From an uncultured delta proteobacterium (GTDB lineage: Bacteria > Myxococcota_A > Polyangia > Polyangiales > JAFGIB01): DNA of 64,000 bases. Under the pieces are notes generated by a model, which worked only from the letters and a program-made list of their open reading frames with translations, searched no databases and had not been told where the DNA came from. The stretch spans positions 512,001 to 576,000 of the forward strand of contig CAVZVA010000002.1 of NCBI GenBank assembly GCA_963778655.1, given 5' to 3'. Of the stretch, positions 18,236-27,493 are shown one piece after another. Position numbers and translations under genes: made by a program. Position 1 is the stretch's first letter. Each line of letters opens with the position of its first letter.

Positions 18236-19705
18236 TTACTTGCCGATCAGCAGGTCGAGCATCTTGTCGACACGGGGGGCGTAGGGCGGACCCATGCTTG
18301 CGGCGGCGTTGAGCTTGGCCTGATGGAACACGCCCTTCTTGTGAGAGAAGGTCTCGAAACCCTCGATGCCGTGGTAGGCGCCCATGCCGCTCGGCCCGAC
18401 GCCGCCGAAGGGCAGGTCGTCGATCGCGAAGTGGATCAGGGTGTCGTTGAGCGTGGCCCCGCCCGAGGTGGTGTGCTCGAGCACGTCGCGCGCGCGCTCG
18501 TTGTCGAAGTCGAAGTAGTAGAGCGCCAGCGGGCGCGGGTGGGCGTTGATGTACTCGATCGCTTCCGGCAGCGAGCGGTAGGTCATGATCGGCAGCACCG
18601 GCCCGAAGATCTCCTCCTGCATGACTCGCATCTGATCGTCGACGTTCAGCAGCAGGGTGGGCGCGAGCTTGCGCGTCGCAGGGTCGAGCTGCTCGCCGGC
18701 CGGGTTGATCTCGATCTTGCGGGCGCCGCGGCTCTCGGCGTCCTTGACCAGCTCGACCAGCCGTTCGTAGTGCTTGTCGTTGACGACCGAGGTGTAGTCG
18801 CGGTTGTCGCGCAGCGTCGGGTAGGCGCGGCCTACGCTCTGCTTGAGCTGCTCGACCATCTTGTCGAGTTGTCCCTCGGGCACCAGCAGGTAATCGGGCG
18901 CGATGCAGGTCTGGCCGCCGTTGAACCACTTGCCGGCCGCGACGCGCTGAGCCGCGCGCGCCGTGGGAAAGCTCTCGTGCACCAGCGCCGGTGACTTGCC
19001 GCCGAGCTCGAGCGTCACCGGCGTGAGGTTTTCGGCCGCGGCGCGCATCACGCTGCGCCCGATGTGGGTCGAGCCGGTAAACAGCAGGTGATCGAACGGT
19101 AGCTTGCTGAACGCCGCGCCCACCTCCGGGCCGCCGGTCACGACGTGGACGACGTCCTGCGGCAGCGCCTCGCCCAACAGCCGCGCGATCAGCTCGGAGG
19201 TGCGCGGCGTGTACTCGGAGGGCTTGAGCAGCACCCGGTTGCCGGCCGCGAGCGCGGCCGCGAGCGGACCTACCGCCAGCTGGAACGGGTAGTTCCAAGG
19301 CGCGATCACCCCGACCACGCCGAGCGGCTGGTACAGGACCTTGGCGCTGCCCGGCCGCATCGCCAGCATGACGTGACGCGACTTGGGCTTCATCCAGCTC
19401 TTGAGGTGCTTCTTGGTGTGGCGCAAGCCCCCGATCAGCGTGAAGATCTCGGCGACCTGAGTCTCATGGAACGAACGGTTGCCGAAGTCGGCGCTGATCG
19501 CGTCGGCGATCTGCTTGCGGTTGTTGCGCACGCTGCGCAGCAGCGCGTCAAGCCAGCCGATGCGTTGCTCATAGCTCGGCATCGGGTCCTTGCGCTGCGC
19601 GGCTTTGAGACGCTCGAAGGCGGCTTGAAGGTCTGCTGTTTCGGTCGGCTGCTCGCGGGTGGCGGCGGCCGGCCCCTGCCGGGTGGGCTCAGTGACGACG
19701 TGCAT
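18236..19705 (-). CDS. Coniferyl aldehyde dehydrogenase-like ALDH
   Basis: APWNYP, KPSE, FTGS, LELGGKSP, GQTCIAPDY, EEIFGP, PFGGVG.SGMG.YHG. Confidence 0.92.
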   Translation of the reverse strand: MHVVTEPTRQGPAAATREQPTETADLQAAFERLKAAQRKDPMPSYEQRIGWLDALLRSVRNNRKQIADAISADFGNRSFHETQVAEIFTLIGGLRHTKKHLKSWMKPKSRHVMLAMRPGSAKVLYQPLGVVGVIAPWNYPFQLAVGPLAAALAAGNRVLLKPSEYTPRTSELIARLLGEALPQDVVHVVTGGPEVGAAFSKLPFDHLLFTGSTHIGRSVMRAAAENLTPVTLELGGKSPALVHESFPTARAAQRVAAGKWFNGGQTCIAPDYLLVPEGQLDKMVEQLKQSVGRAYPTLRDNRDYTSVVNDKHYERLVELVKDAESRGARKIEINPAGEQLDPATRKLAPTLLLNVDDQMRVMQEEIFGPVLPIMTYRSLPEAIEYINAHPRPLALYYFDFDNERARDVLEHTTSGGATLNDTLIHFAIDDLPFGGVGPSGMGAYHGIEGFETFSHKKGVFHQAKLNAAASMGPPYAPRVDKMLDLLIGK

Positions 19706-19802
19706 GGCGTGTCCTCCCCTGTGGTGTGTGGTAGCGGAGTATGTCAGCGGTGGAGAAGGGCCGCCAGGCCGGGCTTGAAGCCGGGGGGTACCCCGCAAGG
19801 AC

Positions 19803-21662
19803 TCAGGGTCGGCCCTGTCGCCGCAGCACCAGGGCGCGCTGCAGCAGACGTTTCGCTTCACGCCCGCGGCCGAGGTCGTGCTCCACGCGGGCGAGCTCGT
19901 ACAACACGCGCGCGTTTTCGTTGGCCTGCAGCGCGCGCCGCAGCAAGCGTTGCGCCGCCGCAAGATCTCCGGCTTCGCAAGCCAGCTCGCCGCGCACGTA
20001 CCAACCGGCGCACACGTCGGCGTTCAACGAGAGCACGCGCCGCGCCTCCGTCTGGGCCTGCGCCCGCAAGGCCGGATCGCGCGCCAAGCGCCGCACCTGC
20101 ACCTCGTTCGGCAGCACGAAGGGTCGCAACAGCCGGTACTCCCAACGCGCGATCACCGGAGCGAACTGCGGTGCGCGCGCGAGATACAACGCCGCGTGGT
20201 CGTCCCAGTACACCAGCGCCCAGCTATCGCGGTGCGCGTCGAGGTACGCGCGATAGCGGGCGTCGTAGATCGGATCGAGGATCAACATCTGCAGCCGGTG
20301 GCGGCGCACCAGCTGTCCGAAGTCTTCTGCGTACGCCAACTCCACGGCCAGCGGGCCGAAAATGTCGTTGCGGCCGTCCCAGTAGACCGGCTGCCGCAGG
20401 CGCCAGCCGAGATACCCGCCGCTGGCCTCGTAGTTGAACATGCGACCCGCGATGTGCTGTTGCTGCATGAAGGTCGCGAGCCGTTGCGGCACGCTCCGCG
20501 CCAGCGCGTGCTTCGGCAGCGCCGGACGTACCCACGCCAGCACGGCGAGCAGCAGCGCGACGTTGGCGAGCCCCGGCCAGGGCGAGCGCCAGAGGGCCGC
20601 GGCGCGCGGCGCGATCGGCTGCGAGTCCGACTGCTCTACGCCCCACAGCAGCGCGCAGAACGGCAACGCGAGCACTACGAAGTCGAAGATGAAGCGATTG
20701 GAGCGCAGCGCCATGATCAAAAAGAACAGCGTGCCCGGGCCCTGCGCCAGCAGCGGCCTGCGCGAATCCAGCAGCGCTTCCTTGAGCCGCGACAGTGGCA
20801 GGCACGCCAGCAGGCACGCCGCCAGAAGCACGTAGAAGGCGGGATACTTGGCGAGCGCGGGCGAGCGGTACTGCCCCATGTTCCAGTGCAGGCCGCTGCC
20901 GTAAAAGAGCTTGTTCACGCGGAAGGGGAAGGTCCACAGGTCGAAGCCGTTCGGGTTCACCAGCGTGAGCCCGGTGCAGGCCAGCACCAGCAACGTGCGG
21001 CGCCTGGACCGGCCGGAAAGCAGCAGCCGCAGCACCCCGGCCCGGCGCTCGCGGTACGCGTCGCGCACAGCCTGCAGCCAGAACCCCGCCAGCACGACCA
21101 GACCGAACACCACCCCGGCATGGCAGTTGGCCCAGAACAGGAACAGCGCGCAGATCGCGGCTTCCCGGCGCAGGCCGTCCTCCTGATGCAAGCGCCACAA
21201 CAGGGTGCCCAGCAGGCCGAGCAGACAGGACGACAACAAGGCCGCGCGCAGCACGAAGCAAGAGCGCGCGGCGGCGCCCAACCCGAGCAGCAGCAGCGGG
21301 ATGGCAATCGCGCGCCGGGCCGCGGGAAGCGCGCGCCGCATCTGCGCATACGAGAACGAGAACGCCAGCAGCGCCAGCAGGGTCATCAGGCCGACCAGCG
21401 CGGCGTACCCGCCGGTCCGATAGAGCGCGTAGAGCAGCAGGGCGAAGCCCCACTCGTGCGAAGTCCACGGCTGGCCGTACACCGTGTGCGTGAACAGGTC
21501 GACGCGCGGCACCCGACCGCTGCGGACGATCAGCTCGCCCGTGCGCAGGTGCCAGAAGATATCGTCGTGCCACAACGGCTGGGTGGCGACGCCGGCCAAC
21601 AGCACCCCGAACAGCGCCAGCGCCAGCCAGTGCAACCACGTCGTTGGTCGTGAGGTCGGCAT
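19803..21662 (-). CDS. Polytopic membrane protein (GT-C-like) with C-terminal TPR
   Basis: DIFWHLRTG, WANCHAG, many TM helices, GGYL.W, DGR; C-terminal TPR. Confidence 0.65.
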   Translation of the reverse strand: MPTSRPTTWLHWLALALFGVLLAGVATQPLWHDDIFWHLRTGELIVRSGRVPRVDLFTHTVYGQPWTSHEWGFALLLYALYRTGGYAALVGLMTLLALLAFSFSYAQMRRALPAARRAIAIPLLLLGLGAAARSCFVLRAALLSSCLLGLLGTLLWRLHQEDGLRREAAICALFLFWANCHAGVVFGLVVLAGFWLQAVRDAYRERRAGVLRLLLSGRSRRRTLLVLACTGLTLVNPNGFDLWTFPFRVNKLFYGSGLHWNMGQYRSPALAKYPAFYVLLAACLLACLPLSRLKEALLDSRRPLLAQGPGTLFFLIMALRSNRFIFDFVVLALPFCALLWGVEQSDSQPIAPRAAALWRSPWPGLANVALLLAVLAWVRPALPKHALARSVPQRLATFMQQQHIAGRMFNYEASGGYLGWRLRQPVYWDGRNDIFGPLAVELAYAEDFGQLVRRHRLQMLILDPIYDARYRAYLDAHRDSWALVYWDDHAALYLARAPQFAPVIARWEYRLLRPFVLPNEVQVRRLARDPALRAQAQTEARRVLSLNADVCAGWYVRGELACEAGDLAAAQRLLRRALQANENARVLYELARVEHDLGRGREAKRLLQRALVLRRQGRP

Positions 21663-21713
21663 CCCCCGCGCGGGGACGAGCTTATCGCGGTCGCGAAACG
21701 CTGACTACCGCGT

Positions 21714-22877
21714 TCATGACGAGGCCGAGATGCTGCTGCCGTCCGCCAGCGACGCGCGCAGGCGAGGCAGACTCTGCGGGTAGCGTCGCTGCACGAAGGC
21801 GATCAGCTTCTCGCGCGCCTCGCAGCGCAGGTCCCAGGCGTCACTGCTGTTCTTGGCGCTCATCAGCAGCCGCACCAGCATGGTCCGCTCGGTGGCATCG
21901 GTCACCTGGACCGAGCACGTCTTGCCGTCCCAGTGGCTGGACGCCGCCAGCACGCGCCGGAATTCGCCGCGGATCTCGTCGACGGGGACGCCGTAGTCGA
22001 GGTGCAGCTCGACGGTACCGAGCAGGTCCGAAGACACGCGCGTCCAGTTCTGGAACGGCTTGTCCAGGAACTGCCCCACTGGCACGATCAGTCGCCGCTG
22101 GTCCCAGATGCACACCACCACATAGGTCAGCGTGATCTCCTCGATGCGCCCCCACTCGCCCTCCACGATCACCACGTCATCGACGCGGATCGGCTGGGTG
22201 ATGGCGATCTGAATGCCGGCGATCAGCGTGGCAATGCTGCGCTGCGCGGCGAAGCCGAGCACGATACCGGCGACCCCGGCGGAGGCGAGCAGACCGGCTC
22301 CGATGTGGCGCACCGCGCTGAAGGTCATCAGCGCGAAGGCCAGGGTCACGATCACGATCACGAAGCCCCCGATGTTGCTGAAGCCGTGCAGCTGCGTGAA
22401 CACTCTGCGCGCCTCGAGATTGTCGGCGGCCGCGATGTCGTAGCGGTGCTCGATCACGTCCTCGACCACGCGAACGCCGCGGTAGGCGAGCCATCCGGTC
22501 GCGACGATGGTCACGACCAGCACCGCGTGCGACAGCCAGGCCAGCAGCTCGGCGGGTAGCGCGAGCAACGGCAGCACGCCGTAGACCGCCAGCGCCGGCA
22601 GCACCAGCCGCAGGGGGTCCGGCAGGTGCTCGGCCAGCGCGTCGTCGGCGAAATTCGCGGTGCGCTTCGCCCAGCGCTTGAGGCTGCGCAGGACCAGCGA
22701 CGCTGCCAGGCGGCCAACGAGATAGGCCGTGAGCAGCAGACTGACCGACCACACCAGGTCGAGCCAGCCGTAGTCGCGCACGACGCTCAAGATCCGGTCG
22801 AACGCGTGCAACCGGCTCGCCCCTGCGAGCGGGGCTGGACTGGCGCCTGAAGCGAGGAAGATCGGTAGGTATTTCAT
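21714..22877 (-). CDS. MscS family mechanosensitive channel
   Basis: LLASAGVAGIVLGFAAQ, QPIRVDDVVIVEGEWGRIEEI, WDLRC. Confidence 0.92.
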   Translation of the reverse strand: MKYLPIFLASGASPAPLAGASRLHAFDRILSVVRDYGWLDLVWSVSLLLTAYLVGRLAASLVLRSLKRWAKRTANFADDALAEHLPDPLRLVLPALAVYGVLPLLALPAELLAWLSHAVLVVTIVATGWLAYRGVRVVEDVIEHRYDIAAADNLEARRVFTQLHGFSNIGGFVIVIVTLAFALMTFSAVRHIGAGLLASAGVAGIVLGFAAQRSIATLIAGIQIAITQPIRVDDVVIVEGEWGRIEEITLTYVVVCIWDQRRLIVPVGQFLDKPFQNWTRVSSDLLGTVELHLDYGVPVDEIRGEFRRVLAASSHWDGKTCSVQVTDATERTMLVRLLMSAKNSSDAWDLRCEAREKLIAFVQRRYPQSLPRLRASLADGSSISASS

Positions 22878-23018
22878 CGGAAGCTCCTTTCGTCTCGCAA
22901 GATCCGGCGTAGCGCGCGAAATGCAACCTGGGGAGGTTTCCAGGAACGAACGCAGTGCCTGGCGGGCACCGCTGGCGCGAGCCGCGCAACGCGCACGTCC
23001 GCCGCGCATCCCGCGCGC

Positions 23019-24776
23019 TCAACGCGGCTGGCGGCGGATCAGGGCCAGCAGCTCGTCACGGGTGACGCCGAGGCGGATCGCGGTCTTTTGGGCGAGCGAG
23101 CTGGTGGCCACACCGGGGCGAAAGCGATAGGTGGGCCGGTCGTGCTCGTCGAGCTCCACCTGCAGGAAGGTGAGCTCGCTCGGGCCCGGCTCCTCGGACA
23201 ACCGGCGCGCGAACTGCAGGAAGTGGGTAGTGATCAGCACGCAGGCGTCGAGCTCCACCAGCAGCGAGAGCACCAGGCGGATGATGTCCTCGCCCTCCGA
23301 GGGGTTGGTGCCGGAGCAAAGCTCGTCGAGGACGATCAGCGAGCCCGGATGCGCGTGCTCGAATAGCTGGCGGATCCGCAGCAGCTCGGTGCCAAGCCGG
23401 CCTTCTTTCTGGTCGGCCCGCGCCTCCTCGATCAACGAGACGAACAGGCCGCGACTGCGGCACAGGCTGGCACGCGCCGCCGGCACGAAGAAGCCGGCCT
23501 GGCCCAGCATCTGCGCGACCGCGATCGCCTGCAGCAGTCGCGTCTTGCCGCCCGAGTTGGGGCCGGTCACCAGCGTGGTGGTGTCGAACGCGCCGAAGCC
23601 GAGGTCGCACGGCACCGGCGCGAGCGGTTGCGTGAACAGCAGCGGATTGAACAGCCCCTCGAAACAAGGGGCGGCCTCGCCGCGCTCGATCAGCTGCGGC
23701 AGGCACACGGTGAGCCCCTTGTCGGCGGCGGCGTCCTTGAATGCCAGGACCGCGAGGTAGACCTCCATCTCGCCCAGCAGCTGCAACAGCGGCGGCAGCA
23801 ACTCCTTGACGCCGTCGAAGATCGAGTCGACCCAGCGGTCGACCAGGCCGTTCTCGCTCAACGAGTAGCCGCGCAGCAGCAGCATGAAGCGTGTCAGCCA
23901 GCGCCCCAGAGCCGACTGATGGAAGCGGTTGTCGCGGTTCTCGGCTATGCGCTCGATCTCGAAGCGGCGGATGCGCCCGTCGGCGCCCAGCCGCAGCTTG
24001 ACCTCGACGCTGGCCAGGTGGTTCTCGTAGTCGAGCAGCTCGCCCATGCGGCGGTAGCCCTCGGTCGCGAGCGCGAGCTGGCCGAAGCGCTTCATGCGCA
24101 ACAGCCCGCTGCCGGCGCCCTCGAACGCGCTCGCCATCAGCGCGAGCGCGTCGCGCACCGAGCACAGCAGCTCGAGCCGGCGCCCGCGGCCGTCGAGCTC
24201 GCGCAGCGGCCCCTGGGCGTCGAGCAGGCCGCGCAGGTGGTGCAGCGCGCGATACACGGCGCTGAAGTCATCGCGAAGACGCGCGGTGGCGTCGAGCTCG
24301 CGCAGGATCGCGCGCCGGTGCTCGACCACCGCGGGCTCACGCGGCGGATGGGTCAACACGCGTGCCACGAACAGCGCGTCGATCGCCGGCTCAAAGCCGC
24401 CCAGGCGAACCCGCATGCAGGTGCGGATCAGCTCGCGGACGAAGAGCCCCGGGGCGAACGAGGCCGGCTCCCAGTCCGAGGCCGCGACCGGAGCGCGCTG
24501 CAAGGCCTGCTGCAGCAGACCGCCGATGTCGCCGCCAGCGAAGCCGAACGAGGTCGCCCAGCGCAGCCGCTCGACGTCGACGATCACCGCCGGATCCGGG
24601 TTGAGCAGATCGATCGCAGCCAGCGGCTCGCTGCCGGCGCGCGCAGCCGGCCCGAGCGGCGCCACCGAAAGTGGGGGCGGCGGCGGCGGCGGCTCGTCGA
24701 CCAGGGCCGTCCTGCGCCAGGGGCGCGAAAGCCGGTAGTTCCGCACCGCGGCCGAGCCGGATTCGGACATGCGCAT
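23019..24776 (-). CDS. MutS-related protein (domain V ATPase; no mismatch-binding domain seen)
   Basis: GPNSGGKT, GQAG, GRLGTEL, DELCSGT, TTHF. Confidence 0.85.
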   Translation of the reverse strand: MRMSESGSAAVRNYRLSRPWRRTALVDEPPPPPPPLSVAPLGPAARAGSEPLAAIDLLNPDPAVIVDVERLRWATSFGFAGGDIGGLLQQALQRAPVAASDWEPASFAPGLFVRELIRTCMRVRLGGFEPAIDALFVARVLTHPPREPAVVEHRRAILRELDATARLRDDFSAVYRALHHLRGLLDAQGPLRELDGRGRRLELLCSVRDALALMASAFEGAGSGLLRMKRFGQLALATEGYRRMGELLDYENHLASVEVKLRLGADGRIRRFEIERIAENRDNRFHQSALGRWLTRFMLLLRGYSLSENGLVDRWVDSIFDGVKELLPPLLQLLGEMEVYLAVLAFKDAAADKGLTVCLPQLIERGEAAPCFEGLFNPLLFTQPLAPVPCDLGFGAFDTTTLVTGPNSGGKTRLLQAIAVAQMLGQAGFFVPAARASLCRSRGLFVSLIEEARADQKEGRLGTELLRIRQLFEHAHPGSLIVLDELCSGTNPSEGEDIIRLVLSLLVELDACVLITTHFLQFARRLSEEPGPSELTFLQVELDEHDRPTYRFRPGVATSSLAQKTAIRLGVTRDELLALIRRQPR

Positions 24777-24888
24777 GCGCACACAATAGCGGATGGCCGG
24801 TGCGGGTGCGAAGCGGCCACCGCGACTTCCGCGGCCGCTGCGAGCCCGGCGGCGGCCAAATCCGACCCTGGCGCCCGCTGCCGCGACC

Positions 24889-26031
24889 TCAGCTGTGCGG
24901 GTCCTGCCGCGCCGCAACCCACCAGAGGCCAGCCAGGACGAGCAGGCCGGAGCCGGTGGTCGTGCTCAGCTCGAAGATCCTGGGGACGAGCTCGGGGCGG
25001 AGCAACCCAGCCACGAGCGAGAGCGACGAAAGCGCGAAGCTGGCGGCGCACAGGGCAAGGGGAAGCGAGCGCGCGCGGGCATTCGCAAGCAACACGGGCT
25101 GCGCGTACCCGAGCACCACGTAGTAGTGAGACCACCCCGGATCCATGAGGAGCGTGAACGATATCATCGTCATCGCAACGCTGATCGGGTGCGCCGGCTC
25201 CAGCAGGCGCAGCCGATGCACGGTCATTCCCAGGATGCCGAGGGTGGCGAGCAGCAAGAGCACGGCGACCACGGAATACGGAAGCTCGAACAATAGCGGC
25301 CTGGCCACCTCGTCGAAAATCGAGCGCGAGCGCCACAGTCGTTCGACCAGGGCACGCAGGGACTGGGCCTCGTCGAACAGCGGTCGCTGCTCCTGGAGAA
25401 CGACTGCGAGCGTCCGGTGCCACACCGCGCGCAGCGCCCCTGCGGGCAAGAGCGCGAACGGCAGCAGCGCGCCGAGGCCGACCAGCCAAAGCGCGAAGCG
25501 CCGCAAGTAGGCCGGTCTGAGGCGCACGCAATGCGGCAACACGAAGAACGCTGGGTAGAGCTTGGTCGCGGCTGCCGCTGCCAGCGCGGGCGGCCCGAGT
25601 CGTCCGGGTCGAGCGAGGCCCACCGCGGACACCACGAGCAACAGCAAGCTGATCTGCCCCGACCTGACGCAATGCACCAGCGGCAGGCTCGCGGCGGTCA
25701 GGCCGAACGTCGCGGCGTAGCGCGGCAAGCGCGGCAGCTCTGCCAGCACGCGAGCTGAGCTCAGAGCCAGCCACAGCACGAGGCAGCCTTGGAGCGCGAG
25801 CCACAGGCCCGACGCAAGCCCCAACGGAAGCAGGCTGAGCGGCCAAAACACGATCAGCGCGAACGGCGGATAGAACCAGCGCTCGGCCAGCACGAAGTCC
25901 GCCCGGCCGAGTTGCCGCGCCTGTGCGTAGTAGATGTTGAAGTCGAAGAGTGGGTCGCGCCCGTGGACGATCAGCGCCGTGCGGCGCAGGCCGAGCGAGA
26001 GCAGCAGCAACGCACAGAAGACGCCGACCAA
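24889..26031 (-). CDS. GT87/DUF2029 family membrane glycosyltransferase; start uncertain
   Basis: DF.IYY, YPPF, GQ, KLYP, W.HY; multiple TM helices. Confidence 0.8.
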   Translation of the reverse strand: MVGVFCALLLLSLGLRRTALIVHGRDPLFDFNIYYAQARQLGRADFVLAERWFYPPFALIVFWPLSLLPLGLASGLWLALQGCLVLWLALSSARVLAELPRLPRYAATFGLTAASLPLVHCVRSGQISLLLLVVSAVGLARPGRLGPPALAAAAATKLYPAFFVLPHCVRLRPAYLRRFALWLVGLGALLPFALLPAGALRAVWHRTLAVVLQEQRPLFDEAQSLRALVERLWRSRSIFDEVARPLLFELPYSVVAVLLLLATLGILGMTVHRLRLLEPAHPISVAMTMISFTLLMDPGWSHYYVVLGYAQPVLLANARARSLPLALCAASFALSSLSLVAGLLRPELVPRIFELSTTTGSGLLVLAGLWWVAARQDPHS

Positions 26032-26119
26032 TCCGATGCCGAGAACCCGTGCGCGGTCCGCGCGTGGCTTCCCCGAGACGACGACGCCGGCGGTTCGCGT
26101 GGGCGGGCCACGGTCACCT

Positions 26120-27493
26120 TCAGTCCCCGGTGGCCAGGCCGAAGCTGCGCAGCTTGCGCTGGAGGGTACGGCGGTCGATGCCGAGCGCGGTGGCGGCGCG
26201 CGTGACGTTGCCGTCCATCTGCTCGAGCACGCGCTCTATGTGCGCGCGCTCGACCTCGGCCAGGCTGGCGGTGGGCGCGAAGGCGGGCGAGACCGCTTCG
26301 GGAGCGACTGCGGGAAGCTGGCTGAACACGCTGGCCGCCAGCATGCGGCGCATCAGCGCGCCGTCGATCTCCGGGCCTTCGGCGAAGAGCGCGGCGCGGC
26401 GCAGCACGTTGAGCAGCTCGCGCACGTTGCCCGGCCAGTCGTATCCGACCATCAACGCCTCGCCCTCCGCGCCGATGCGCAGGCTCGAGCCGATGCGCTC
26501 GAGCAGGTGGTAGGCCAGCGGCATGACGTCCTCGCGGCGCTCGCGCAGCGGCGGCAGCACCAGCGGCAGCACCTGCAGGCGGAAGTACAGATCCTCGCGG
26601 AAGCCGCCGCTCTTGACCTCACTCCACAGGTCGCGGTTGGTGGCGGCGATGATGCGCACGTCGACCGGCATCTCGCGCGGCGCGCCCACCGGCCGGACCG
26701 TGCCGCTCTCCAAAGCGCGCAGCAACTTGCCCTGGGTCTCGTAGGGCAGCTCCGCGACCTCATCGATGAACAGGCTGCCGCCGCTGGCCTCGCCGAACAT
26801 CCCCGGGTGGTTCGCGGTCGCGCCGGTGAAGGCGCCCTTGCGGTGGCCGAACAGCTCGCTCTCGAACAGGTCGCGCTGCACGCAGGCCGCGTTGAGCGCG
26901 ACAAACGGGCCGCGTGCGCGCGGGCTGCACAGGTGCAGGTGCCGGGCCACGACTTCCTTGCCGGTGCCGGTCTCGCCGTAGAGCGCCACGGTCTCGTTGC
27001 TGGCTCCTGCACGCGCCACGAAGGTCCGCACTGCCTGCATCGCCGGGCTCAGCCCGACCAGCGGCGGCACCTCGAGCTGCGAGCGCTCGCCGCGCGCCTT
27101 GTGGCTCTCGAGCGCGGCCTGCGAGAGCAGCGGGCCGAGCAGCTCGGCATCGACCGGCTTCTCGAGAAAGGAGAACGCCCCGAGCTTCATCGCCAGCACG
27201 GCGGCCTCGACCGAGCCGTGGCCTGTCAGCACCACCACGCGCGTGGGCGTGTGCGCGCTGCGCTTGAGCACCTCCAGGCCGTCGATGCCGCCCATGCGCA
27301 AATCGAGCAAGGCGGCATCGGGCGGGGTCGGGCCGCACAGCACTTGCAGCGCGGCCTCGCCGCTGCCCGCGTCGCTGACCGCGAAGCCGCTGCGCCGGAG
27401 CGCCTTGACCATGGCGAAGCGAAACGCCGCGTCGTCGTCGATCACCAGCACCGTGGCCGGCTCGCTCGGGCTCGATGCGCGCGACTGGCTCAC
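26120..27493 (-). CDS. Sigma-54-dependent NtrC-family response regulator
   Basis: Receiver (VIDDD, LLDLRM, KP), GETGTGKE, ESELFGH, GAFTGA, WPGNVREL, Fis-type HTH. Confidence 0.95.
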   Translation of the reverse strand: MSQSRASSPSEPATVLVIDDDAAFRFAMVKALRRSGFAVSDAGSGEAALQVLCGPTPPDAALLDLRMGGIDGLEVLKRSAHTPTRVVVLTGHGSVEAAVLAMKLGAFSFLEKPVDAELLGPLLSQAALESHKARGERSQLEVPPLVGLSPAMQAVRTFVARAGASNETVALYGETGTGKEVVARHLHLCSPRARGPFVALNAACVQRDLFESELFGHRKGAFTGATANHPGMFGEASGGSLFIDEVAELPYETQGKLLRALESGTVRPVGAPREMPVDVRIIAATNRDLWSEVKSGGFREDLYFRLQVLPLVLPPLRERREDVMPLAYHLLERIGSSLRIGAEGEALMVGYDWPGNVRELLNVLRRAALFAEGPEIDGALMRRMLAASVFSQLPAVAPEAVSPAFAPTASLAEVERAHIERVLEQMDGNVTRAATALGIDRRTLQRKLRSFGLATGD

